From contig NW_027117343.1 in NCBI RefSeq assembly GCF_038025025.1, forward strand, positions 1,054,001 to 1,118,000: DNA of 64,000 nucleotides. Reading direction: 5' to 3'. The stretch comes from Phyllosticta citribraziliensis (Eukaryota). The notes under the pieces are model-generated. The model had not been told where the DNA came from. It saw only the letters and a list, made by a program, of their open reading frames with translations, and did no database searches. A program made the translations under genes and the position numbers. Numbering within the stretch: position 1 is the first letter of the stretch; every line of letters starts with the position of its first letter. Positions 23,398 through 34,801 of the stretch are shown in pieces.

Positions 23398-24506
23398 ATG
23401 TCTCAGCAAGACCCAAAAGATACTGAAGCAGCGCTTGACCTGCAATCAACCAACGATTCCCACCACGCAGCCTCCACAATGTCACCGCCACCACAGCCGC
23501 AAACCCAACACCAGCAACATCTACAACGACCCATCACCATCCTGCCCTCCGTCGGCTCAACACTCGGCAACCCTGTACGTCCTCCCCCGACCTTCTCGCC
23601 GTCAAGCATCCAGAATGAAGCCAACTAGCCCAACAGTCCGCATTCGCCATCGGGGCCTTTGCCACGACGCTGACGACGCTCTCCACGGCCCTCATGGAGT
23701 GGCGCGGCGTCACGACGACCAACGCCTTCATCGCCAACTTCCTTTTCCTCGCGGGCGTCGGCATGGTCGTGTCGGCGCAGTGGGAGATGGTCAGGGGCAA
23801 CACGTACGCGTACACCGTGTTGAGCGCTTTCGGTATGCGGTCTCAAGTGGCCCGGGGATTGACACGTTGAAGGGAGCTGACGCCCCGCAGGTCTCTTTTA
23901 TGCTGGCTATGGCGCGGTCATCACGCCCTCATTTGGCGTCGCCGATGCCTATGGTGGCGATGGCACGGTCGAGTATAGCAATGCCATGGGACTGTACATG
24001 ATCAGTACGTAGAAGGCGGGCGATATCTCCCGTCCCTCCCTCGCCTCTCCCCTTTCCGTTTCAATGCCGCAAACAAGGGGGTATTAGCCGTTTTCGAGCC
24101 CATCGTCAGACTAACAACGCACAGTCTGGACAGTCCTCAACGCCTTCTTCCTCATCGGCTCCCTCGGCATGTACGAACGCTCTCCTCCCCTCCGACAACC
24201 TTGACAAACTAACCCCCCAACCACAGCAACACCGTCTACATCCTGATCTTCCTCGCCCTCGAGCTGTGCTTCCTCCTGCTGGGCGCCTCCCACTTCGCCG
24301 CCGCCGACGGCCACGCGCGCGCCGCCACTGCGCTGCAAAAGGCTGCTGGCGCCTTTGGCTTCTTGAGTGGTCTGTGCGGGTACTATACGCTGGGTAGTTT
24401 GCTGTTTGCGGAGGTGTTGGCGTGGGAGTGGCCGATGGGGGGTTTTGGGGTTGTGAGATGTGCGGGGAGGAGGGGGGTGGGGAGGAAGAGGCGGAAGGAG
24501 GTGTAG
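23398..24506 (+). CDS. GPR1/FUN34/YaaH (Ato/Ady2/SatP, AlcS-like) membrane transporter, ~270 aa
   Basis: Exons 23398-23574, 23637-23832, 23891-24004, 24125-24170, 24227-24506. The product reads LGNPSAFAIGAFATTLTTLS..QWEMVRGNTYAYTVLSAFGLFY..KAAGAFGFLSGLCGYY, about six TM segments. Confidence 0.9.
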
Positions 24507-24980
24507 GGGTTGGATGGTGAATGGTGGGATGAGGTAGATTGAAAAAGGGTCTGGTATCTTTCTTGTGGGAATTCTGACCTACGTCGGAGTGATTTTGAAT
24601 TCTGCTCGCGCGCATGTCAGTCCACTCACGTCGCGTCCGCCATCTGGCCACAACATCAAAATCCATTCGTCCTGCTGGGTATGTATAAGACTACGCGCGC
24701 ACCCCCCGAACACCCAACCGTCCGAAAAAGCCAATTTGGTGAAGTGAGCAAGAAGAAAGCCCCGTTTGTCCAAGGAATAATGTTTGTGAAGAGAAGAGAG
24801 GAAAGAAAAGAATGGTCGTCTAATCGTATGCAAGAATCCACGCTCATGCCAAGTTCCCGCTCCACTCGTCGGTCTCTTCAGTCGCTGATCCACGTCAACA
24901 GAGCCACATCGCTCACGTCTTCTCTCGACAACCCGCTTCTCTCTCTGTCTAGCCACCACTCGAAAACCCCATGCTGCATC

Positions 24981-26435
24981 CTACTCCGAATCACTCAAGC
25001 TGTCCCTGCGGCTCCTCGCCGTCCTGCGATACCCCTCCATGACGTCCCTACCCCTACGCGGACCACCACCGCCGCCAGCACGGCCGCGCGGGCCAGCACC
25101 TACATTGCTAGCGCTCTCCTCGGGCCTGATGGAGCCGGGGCCGCCGCCGACGCTCAAGCCAGGGATGTGGTGCGAGTAGATCTTGGTGCCCGTGTCATCG
25201 CTGTTGCTGTTGGCATTGGAGTTGCTCGACGCCGCGTTCTGGCCCGGCATGTGGCTGCTCTGGCGACGGCTGCTGTGGCGCGCGGCGCTGGACGAGCGCT
25301 GCCGGCTCTGGCGCCGCTGCTGGCGCGACGGCGAGCCGGTCGACTGCTCGGGGCGGGCAGCGGGGGGCGGGCGCGCAATGTTGGGCACGGCGTTGGGCCG
25401 GTAGGACGAGTAGTAGCTGTCGTGGGAGCCCGAGTTGCTGGCCGTGTTGGCCTGCGTGTAGACATCGGTGTAGGCGTCCTCGGTGACCGTCTCGCCCGAG
25501 TACGTTGAGTAGCTGACCTCGGAGCGCATCTCGTCTGCGTAGCGGCGGTTGCGCTCAGGAGTGTCGGGTCCGGATTTGGCGGGTGAGTACGAGCGCTGCG
25601 ACTCTTTCTTGTTGGACGACTTCTTCATCGCCTTGGCCTTTTCCTTTTCGCGCTTCTTGTCCCGCGCGGCGAGCTCCTTTTGCTTCTTTGCGGCTTCTTT
25701 TTGCTCCCGCTCCAGTTGCTTTTGACGTGCTGCTGCTTCCTTCTTGGCTTCCTTTGATGCCTTTTTCGGGTCTTTGACGAGAGGTTTCTGCGAGAGTTCC
25801 GACTCTTGTGACGATGGAGCCGTGGCAGAGTAGTCGAAAAACGTGCCGTCCGATGCGCGGTTCAAGCCTCCGACGCGCGCAGGCTTTTCGTGGCGGTAGT
25901 TGGCGAGCTCTGGGTCGCGAGCTTTGGATGTGTTGGACCTCTTTCCGCGGCCACCACGCAGTTGACCGAATATGGAGGGGGCCTTCTCATCGACGTACGA
26001 CTCGTTATCACCGGCTTCGGTAGCTGCTCTTCCATAGCTGCCGCCGTGGACGATGCTGCCTCCGCCCAGCTTGGTGCTCTTGGTTGCATTGGACAGAGTG
26101 CGTCCGTCTGGTCCTTTGCGTCGCAGAACCGTCGACTTGTAGTCGTCCCAGTCATTTTGTCGCCACTTGAAGCCGCCGTTTGGCGCCCAGAAGAAAAACC
26201 AAAGGGTGCCCAGGGCCAATCCGGCCCCGATCAAGGCGAAAAGAGCAAAGAAGCCCTGATTGTTGAAGGACGAAGCAGGCTTGGCGCCTGAGCCAAAGTT
26301 TGGAGAAGACGATGTGGATCGTTTGACCAACTCGTGAGCGGCATTGTTGGCTGCCTTGGCCACGGGGGTAGAGGCGATCTTTTCGACATTATCGCGTCTG
26401 AGCAGCGACTTGAGAATTTCGCCAACGGGCGCCAT
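24981..26435 (-). CDS. Conserved fungal single-TM protein with coiled-coil and Ser/Arg-rich cytosolic tail (484 aa)
   Basis: Intronless ORF. NNQGFFALFALIGAGLALGTLWFFFWAPNGGF (TM) is followed by DWDDYKSTVLRRKGPDGRTLS, YRHEKPARVGGLN and DTGTKIYSHHIPGL blocks, which look like conserved Pezizomycotina motifs. Confidence 0.85.
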   Translation of the reverse strand: MAPVGEILKSLLRRDNVEKIASTPVAKAANNAAHELVKRSTSSSPNFGSGAKPASSFNNQGFFALFALIGAGLALGTLWFFFWAPNGGFKWRQNDWDDYKSTVLRRKGPDGRTLSNATKSTKLGGGSIVHGGSYGRAATEAGDNESYVDEKAPSIFGQLRGGRGKRSNTSKARDPELANYRHEKPARVGGLNRASDGTFFDYSATAPSSQESELSQKPLVKDPKKASKEAKKEAAARQKQLEREQKEAAKKQKELAARDKKREKEKAKAMKKSSNKKESQRSYSPAKSGPDTPERNRRYADEMRSEVSYSTYSGETVTEDAYTDVYTQANTASNSGSHDSYYSSYRPNAVPNIARPPPAARPEQSTGSPSRQQRRQSRQRSSSAARHSSRRQSSHMPGQNAASSNSNANSNSDDTGTKIYSHHIPGLSVGGGPGSIRPEESASNVGAGPRGRAGGGGGPRRGRDVMEGYRRTARSRRDSLSDSE

Positions 26436-29400
26436 GATGGAGGAGGATTGTTTCTGCTGTCGAGAAGTGCAGAGCTTGAGCCGTAGCCCAGTCGAGAGGA
26501 AGGTTGGTCAACACAGCTTTGAGTGATGGATGGCCAGCAGCGTCTCGTCCGAAAATGGTAGAGGCAGTGCTCGGGCGCAGAGTCAAAGGTCGAGAGAATC
26601 TGGATCAAAGGTTTAGCGCACAATGTAATTGTTGCAGTGACAGCAAGAATGCGAACTAACGGTGGTGGGGTGGATGGGGGGTTAAGGGTTTGGGCGCGTG
26701 GTGGTGGCTGGGACCAGGGCAGGATAGCAGGAGGCTGGGGTGGCTGGTGCATGTGTTGGACTGACGTCCGTTGGTAAACACGTCGTCTCCACACCAACGC
26801 ACAGGCCCGGCGGGTAACCGATCGCCCTGATTTGCGGGGGCATTGCAAGGGTCTTGGCTGAAGTCGTTGCCGCTCTGCACTCAACACCAACACTGCCAGT
26901 GCATGATGACTACAATTGGAGAGTAGACCAAGTCAATTTTCATCCAAAACTGATAGCTGCGAGTCCAATGACATCGAAACTCCCGCATCCAGTTAATCAC
27001 TGCCGACTCTGCAATCAGTTGGGTATGTCCAGCCGAAGAGTTACCATTCAAGGTTAAGCATTCAACTGATCAAGGGCAGGAAGCACTGCCTGGAAGACCA
27101 CCCGCGACTCAACGTAAATCATGCTGTGAAGTATTTCAGTATGTCTCTTTCCTTTGCATGAATACCATGCCTGCCCAACCACCTTCGTACTTTCGAACCG
27201 AGTCCTCTCTCGTTTTCGATACTTCAACCTTGGGTGTTCCTCCACTCTTTCTTGGAGGCCCCCGTACATGCATGACTACAGAGTACTTTGGCAGCAGAGC
27301 ATTGTCGGAATAGGGGTCATTGATTGGCCCAATTGACAGACCGTTTGGAATATCTGGGAGCGTGGAGCTAAGACTTGGGCACTGTCGCCCGAGTTGGAGC
27401 TTGACTCCGAATTTTTGGTCGATGAAAGCTTTCCTGTATGAAGGTAACGGATCTGAGGCGATTTTTGGGAGAGTAGGAAAGAAGACTGGGTGAGTTGTGA
27501 CTGAATTGATGCACAGAGAACAGCGGGTAAACTGAAGCGAGCAGCCGCTCTGATCTTGTCCGTTGCCCCATTGATTCATCTACCAGAGACGGACTCAGCA
27601 CCGTAGTGGCCAGGGAGAATGGCAATATGGAGAGATGAGGGTCGACATCTTAAGTTCCTAGAAAATTCGGAAGGGCATGACGGATCTGCAGGAATGGGTG
27701 CGAACACTCGCCGCGTTACATTGACGCTGCGCCACATCACACGGTTCCTCGTCAGTTCAAGACGATACCTTCACTCCCCTCCCGGTAGCCAGGTTCATGA
27801 GTCCCAGCAGCCTAGTTACCAGACCCCCTTTTCCAGACGAGGCGCGCGGTTGGATCATGCCATGGCCTTCTCAAATAGTGTGCGTGCCTTTCTGCGCCTG
27901 CACAGGACCAGCACAATGACGAGACAGACAGGCAGGGTCCGTTGAGGCTTTCTAACCTCGGTTCGCATTCGAGTCCACGGCAGGCAGCCCTGACAGCGTC
28001 GCCAGCGTCCCACGGCATGGCGGGTGGGCGCCGCACTTCCTTTTTCCCAACTCCCAGTTTTCCAACCTGCGCCCTCGACTTCGTTTGGGTACGGAGTGTC
28101 TCGCCGCGTCCATGGTTGAGCGTCCAGACGCCACGGCGCCGGGGCGTCGATCATGACGGGAAACACGACGGCTCGGAGAAAAGAAACGAAGCGTCTTGTG
28201 CGCCAGGGCGGAGCGGTGGTACCAGCAAGACAAGCGCCAGCAAAAAAGAGCGATTGGGTGGCCTTGTGGGCGCGGCACCGCGCTTGCATGCGGGCTTGCT
28301 GTAGGGCCACCGGCATGGACAGAAGCAGAGGGATGGCCTTGAAGCGGTAAGACAGGAGGGCAACGAGACGTGCTGAGTTGGGGTGAGGCTGTAGACGCCT
28401 TTGCTTGTTCTGCACCGGTCAACAGAATTGGGGACGACCGACACAACGTGGTAGAGGAACGTGAATGCAAAAAGCTTGGTCGTACTTTTTGGGTCGTGGT
28501 ACCTTGCGGTAAAGGCACTGCGGGCGGCGACTGACAGGCGAGGTGTGGTTTTGAGGCGGCCTCATTCACCGACGAAGAGGTTTTACGGCGGCGCGTGGGG
28601 GTCCACGTTCAATTGGGTACATCAAGGCAATGTCTATTGAGCAGGTCGGGTCGATGGGACGTATAGTTTTGGAATGGTTCGATGGTGCGGTATCGAGATG
28701 CAGTACGCCTCGGCGAGCCTGCTTGTCAAGGGCAAACCCAAGATCTCAGCCCAGTGACCCCAACAAGATTTCTCATGCGATCTGAATGTCCGTGTCATGA
28801 TAAGAAGAAAGTCCGTAGCGCGACATGCGCTGGAAAAGGCCGTCCAAACTGATTACAGTCAGATCAGCCTCGTCGCTCTTCTTGGCTTGGCGTCGGACGT
28901 GATTTCACAAGGCCTCGCGCAAGGTGACAGGGAGCCTTCAATGCAGCTATGCACGGAATGGCGAGCAGTGGGATCAACTTCCATCTTGGCATCGAGTCGG
29001 TCGACATGGCGTGTGCGGGGATCTTATACTTTGATGGATTAGGCAATCTAACGGCATCTAGGAACGCGATACAAAAATCGATTGTCTTGGATTCAAAGGG
29101 GCATTGCATGTACCACAGTAGTCAGCACCTCCGAGGCGTTCGTTCTTGTCATCATAGATTTCGATGATCACGTAGGATGGATGGATGGATGGATGTTGTC
29201 GGCGATCCTGCCGTAAAAAGGTGGCCGGACACCAAGGTCCCACCTTTGCTCCTGCAAGGCCAGTCTTCGAGAAGTGTGGCAGAAGGCGACGGCTCCATAT
29301 CTGACGTCGCCCCATCGGAGACGTTGCCGACATGATGTTGACAGGTAAGCACCTTGGTCAAGAGGAGGAGCCGAGGAGCGACATGTGGCGGTGGCTGAAT

Positions 29401-32286
29401 AGAGACAAGCGACGACAGGCGCGAGGCACGTAACGAGTGGTTGGAGATGGGATAGCTGCATCTGCTGCACGTCAATATGGGCGATGACGACGGTGGCTCT
29501 TGGGCATGGCGACGTTGGATCAGGGGAGAGACGGATGGCGGTGAGCGTCTTGGTACAGATTGGGCCGATGCAGGAGGGCGAGGAGAAAGGGAGAGGGTTC
29601 GTGACGAGTGAGCATGAGAGGAGACGGGAAGGATGACATTGGGTTGTGCAGCTGAGAGGTCACGCCGACGGACAGGACAGGAACCTAATGCAGACGGGAG
29701 GCTGATGGAGGAGGATGGAGGAGGATGGTGTTGACAGGTGCACGGGACCTGCACAGAAGCCGATCACCCGCCGCGAGTCGTGCGCGCCCATCGCATCAGA
29801 TGTGCCGCAATCAGATTGCCCGGAGCGACCGCCTCAGGCTCGCTCGACCTGCACACTGACCGAGCAGATCTCCGATCGTGCTCCAAATCCCCCACGGACA
29901 CGCCCACGCAACGACTCACGCCGTAACCATCGTCGCCCGTCTTCGGAGCAGTTGACGGTGAACAAGACGGTACTTAAACATGTAGACCACCAGCCCCATC
30001 GGCCTGACCCTCTCCTGGCCCAGAGGTGGGCCATGTGACGGCCCTGGACGCGAATCCATCCACCACCACGACGCCTATCGTCGACCACCCGGCGCCCAAC
30101 GCCATCCGCAAACGGTCCACTCGCACCTCACCCTCACCATCCTTGTGCTCCGTCTTCTCAAATCTCGTCATCTGATTCGCCCTTGTTGCAAGGAACACCA
30201 CCTCCTCCGCCGGCCTTCTACTCCACCTACCCTAATTTTCTTCACCACCACCACCATTACCATCACCATCACGGCGCCTGCATTAGCAGTATCAGGCCTG
30301 ACTGCCTTCGGCTTTTGAGCCGACGATCCGGCGCATCCTGCACTACTTCCAGTCCACCACTACGGCCATCTGCTCGCTCCCCTCCCTTTTAGCCCACCAA
30401 GCGCCTCGTCTCTGCTGCCTCCATCAACCAACCCACCTGGCCAGGGCGCGGGTCCTTGGTGCCAGACTTGGTCCACCCACAGCCGAATCATGCGGCACGC
30501 CCGCCGGAGCCGCATGCCGAGGTCACTAGGTACATAGACTCAGCACCTACCTGTGCCCAAATTCTCCCACCACTACCACTTCCACATCCACCACCAAACG
30601 ACTACGGACGACAAACGGGGCGCCATCTGACAAATCCGGATTTTATTCCTTCCCTCCCTCGCTCCTCTTTCCCGTCTTGTCTTTGTCTCTCGTAAACCAA
30701 CGAGGGCACCGCCTCTGACTGTTTCTCCTCCCTCGTCATTTGGTTTTCTCATCAAGCGCTTGAAGCGTTGCTCGCTTATTTTTAATTCTCACTCTTGTGG
30801 CGGCTGTGGCGCGGCGAGCGGTGTGGTGGTGTCGTCGTCTAGTCAGTCACCCACCTCGTCAGCCAGTCAGTCAGTCTTCTTCCTGTCCATCCTCGCAAGG
30901 CCAGGTTGGACCGTCCGTTGTATCTCCTTTCTGGGCGGACATACAGCAGCAAGCAAAATCAATCGAAGCGCAGAAGCGTAGACTGAGAATCGAGAAGAGA
31001 CCCATCCAACCGTCTTGTTTCTCGGCCTCATTCTTCTTCGGTCTTCACACCCTCCCCATCCAATCACTTCACCATTGCTCTCTCTTTTCCGTCATAGTCT
31101 CAGTTTGCTCATCTGCCAATCGTTCTCCACTCCAAGCCTCGTCACCTTCCCTGCCCTCGCCACTACCCTACCCTTCTTAGCCTTAGCCTTAGCGCGGCCG
31201 TCCGTCGTCTGTCTAAGGTGTGCCACCATCTGCCCTACGCCACCAGTGCGGCCGCCCGTCCACAGACCTGTCCTGCTGCCACACACGAGGTCAGTCGTTG
31301 GCGGCGGCGGGGTGGCTTCTCGACGCTAAAAATTTCTCTTCGCTTCCGCTGCTCCTGCTTGCTAGCTAAGCTGCTACTGCGAACACTCGCTCGCTTGCTC
31401 CGCTTCGACACAGTCAACAAAGCCAGGCGTCGTCCTCGTTGTCGTCAGTGGTGGTGGCAGTGGAACCTGTGCGCGTGGCTAAGCTTGTTTGGCCTTTCTT
31501 ATATCGTCGCGACGTCCCCCACTCGCCCGGCCCACGCTCCGCAAAACGCACGCACACGCTTCATCGTCTTCCTCCCCCCTCCCCCCTCCCCCCCTTCTGC
31601 GTTGCTGTTGGATCTTAGCGGTGCACTCGCTCACTCGCTTCTTCTCCTTGTACGATACTCTTTTCGTCTGTCGGGGAAGGACATTTCCAGTCGCAGGGAG
31701 CAAAAGAAAAAGGGATCTCGTCTTTGTATCTTAATCGTCTGTCGGTCGGTCTGTCGGTCGGTCTACCTGTCCATTATCAGCGTCTACTTGCATCTCTTTT
31801 TCCGTCTTCCCTCTTCGCCTCTTCAGTTTCTGCAACCAACAGCTGTTGTTGCGAAGCTAGTCAGGTTGTTTCATTTCGAAACAAACGACGACGGAGGATT
31901 ACCCCCATCAACACCAAGCGCCTGGACCACGCCAGCCGCCGCTACCCCCCACCAAACCCACCTGGACGAAACTACTGCGCCGCGCCACCTATCCGCCGGC
32001 CACAACGAGACGAACTCGAGCAGACGCACGGGCTGGGCTGTCTTACCAGAGAGGACCGAGAGGAGTAATCGTAATACACCAAAGCTTGACGGACGGAGAA
32101 AACGAACGGCCAGACGAACAACGACGACGCGAGTCTAGAAGAGAAGAGCAATAGCGGCATTGATAGGACGGACATTTGCTAGAAGAGACGAGGAAAAGAG
32201 ACGTACCCACCACGCTGAGCGCTGGCTTCGTCCCATCGACCAGCCCATACACATATCGCAAAACAACAGAACACGAAACCGTAGAA

Positions 32287-33345
32287 ATGGCTGCTTTCAC
32301 GACATCAACACCCTTCACACTGCCCACACACCTCCGCCGCAACGCCTCGTGGCCGCCCATGTCAGCGCGCCACCTGCCGTCGCTGGCAGCCGTGCACTTC
32401 CACCTGGCGCCGGGCAAGCAGCAGCAGCAGCAGCAGCAGAGCGCCAACAGACACTCTGCACCACTCTCCTCATCCTCTTCGTACACGACTTCATCCATGA
32501 GCTCCTCTTCGCGTCAACGGCGTTCGTGGCCGCGCGAACAAGAGCTGCCCGACATCGATGAAGACCCGTTTGCGCACTTTCTCAGCCCCATGACCGAGGA
32601 GGAGCTCGAGAGCCCGTTTGCCGACCATGACGACGCGCTGTCGTTTAGCGCGGGCATCATCGTGTCGGACGACGAGGGCGTGGGGGACGACGCAAAGGAC
32701 GAGGAAAAGTCGGGCGTGAGAGGGTTGTGGGGAGACGGGGCGACGAGAGACAAGTTGAGGAGCGGGTTGGCGCGACGGTGGGCCAAGTATGTGGGGCGGT
32801 GGTACGACGGCGGCGGAGGGGATGGAGGAGGTGGGGAACCAGGGGGCGACGACGAGGTGGTAGGGGAAGAAATGCAGACGGCGCCGATAGGGGAAGGAAG
32901 GGGTGCCGCAGGGGCAAGAATAAGAAGACGCAGCGCGCCACCGCCGGGGCTCCACCAGATCGAAGAGGACCGCGACGCCGAGATGGAAGAAGAAGCGCGC
33001 GCCATGGAGCGCGAGATGGAACGCAACATGGCCGTCGACGAGGGATACATGAGCGAGGAGGTCGTTGCGGAGAAAAAGAAGGCGTCGCAGCAGCAGCAGC
33101 AGCAGAGGCCAAAGAGGCCTGGACCGGACACCCTGGTGATGTCGCAGCAGCCGTACAGGGCCGTCGTCCGCGAGCCGACCAAGGGACGCGCCCAGGACCT
33201 CGTCGACGGCCGCATGAGCAAGAGGAGGAAATATCGGCATTCGTGGCGCGCCCCGGACAGGGACCTGTTCACCGTCGTCGAGGAGCAGGCCGCCGAGGGT
33301 GGAGACGCTTCGGAGATTGAGCTGCCATACTTTTCCGCCTTCTAG
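32287..33345 (+). CDS. Low-complexity hypothetical protein (~352 aa) with polyQ tracts
   Basis: First ATG at 32287 after a long pyrimidine-rich leader. Motif-like blocks DIDEDPFAHFLSP, DALSFSAGI and RHSWRAPDRDLFTVVEE; high-GC3 codon use. Confidence 0.75.
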   Translation: MAAFTTSTPFTLPTHLRRNASWPPMSARHLPSLAAVHFHLAPGKQQQQQQQSANRHSAPLSSSSSYTTSSMSSSSRQRRSWPREQELPDIDEDPFAHFLSPMTEEELESPFADHDDALSFSAGIIVSDDEGVGDDAKDEEKSGVRGLWGDGATRDKLRSGLARRWAKYVGRWYDGGGGDGGGGEPGGDDEVVGEEMQTAPIGEGRGAAGARIRRRSAPPPGLHQIEEDRDAEMEEEARAMEREMERNMAVDEGYMSEEVVAEKKKASQQQQQQRPKRPGPDTLVMSQQPYRAVVREPTKGRAQDLVDGRMSKRRKYRHSWRAPDRDLFTVVEEQAAEGGDASEIELPYFSAF

Positions 33346-33658
33346 AAGCAAAAAAGCAACGCCGGAAAAAAAGTCTTGCCTGCAGTTTCGACCCGAGCCG
33401 GGACGTCTACAGACGAAGAAGACGTGCTCGAGCACGTACGAGGGCTGCTGCCGCTGCCCGTTTCCCGTGTCCGAGCACATCCATAGTGCAAACCCGGCGG
33501 TTCATCGCTCTCCGACGACAGCCAACCTGGTCCTTCTCGAAAGTGCGGCGAGAGAAATTTCACCTAGGGCTGGGAGGATGTTTGATGAAGGAATCAAGAT
33601 TATTTTCAAACGACCAACAAACCGCGGGTCTCCTTTTCCCTTATCACCCACTTGATGC

Positions 33659-34801
33659 TCATAAACCCATGCCACCACCAATCCCGCTCATACCGGCCCA
33701 ACCAGTACCACCGCCACCACCGCCACCGAACGACGAGTAGCAGCTTCTAATACTCCCATAAGAAGGCCTGGTGGACAAGGTCCGCGCTGTCTTGAACGAT
33801 TGTTGAGTCGAGTTCCTGGAGGAATACATGGACGGACGGCCGCGGCTTTGTGGCAATTTGTTTTTCGCGTTGGGACTGTGACATGGCGTCATCGGGACTG
33901 ACACAGTGACCTTAGGTATCTGTGCCCGGGTTGACTTTTTCCCGTGCTCGTGCCTGTGGTCACTCTTATTCTGCCTTCGCCGGTCGCTTCTGTGCGCATC
34001 TTCTGGGTGGAGGAAAGGGCTTGGTAGCCTGGACGGGCTATTGGAGGGGGCCGAGTGTCTAGGGCGGGTGCAAGGGGTGTGGCTGTGCTGACGTTGGTTT
34101 CGCTGCTCCTGATGTGGGTGGTCATGATGATGACAGTGGTGATGGTGTTGGCTGCCGTGTTTGGCGCTGTGTTTGCTGCAGTGGTGGTTGCCGTGGTTGT
34201 GGTGGTGGTGACGACTTTGCTGATTCTCTCCTTGTTTTCGGTGATGATGATGCTTGCATGTGCATACAGGGGCTTGGCGTTGTTGCTTTGGCTTGCCGGT
34301 TTCGTGTATGGAGCTCTTACTGGGAGCGTCGGAGGGTACTTCTGAGATTGGAGACAGAGTTCGCGGAATTTTGGCGTGATGGTCACGTGTATCGGTAGGC
34401 CTGTTTGACAACATAATATTAGTATAAGTGGCTTGAAGTGGTCTGGACTGGGGCATGGATTACGCCGCGGAAGTGAGATCTGAGGATCCGAGGACCCGTC
34501 TTGCATCGGCAGGTGGTTCCGTACGCTCGTCCGCCTGGACCGTGGCGTCAGGGCTTGAACGCTTGGGGTGGCTTCTGATCCTTTTCAGAAGAGCCGACCA
34601 AGGGGGCGTCATTCGCTTGTAAGCATGTTTGATAATCTCGTCGAGGCTGGCGACGCTAATGTTGTCCAAGACGGCCACGTCGGGAACCGAGCGCTCGCGG
34701 GGACATTTTCTTCTGATGTGCCTCTGGCCACGCTTCGAGTCAACGGGAACCCATCCGTGGCGGACCTTGACAAAGTAGCCTTTCTTGACGTTGATAGACA
34801 T
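33659..34801 (-). CDS. His-rich orphan protein with Gly-rich C-terminus (~359 aa)
   Basis: ORFs 34460-34819 and 33659-34456 join in frame through a 63-nt intron 34463-34401 (GTAATC..TACTAAT..AAACAG). The product contains CTCKHHHH..HHHHNHGNHHCSKH..HHHHCHHHDHPH. Confidence 0.5.

Noticed and set aside
26890..27700. Lower-GC segment with FPTLPKIASD, faintly like a hAT dimerisation domain
   Set aside because: Following motif (SxxxERxFS) absent, no terminal repeats or target-site duplication seen; too weak to call a transposon relic.
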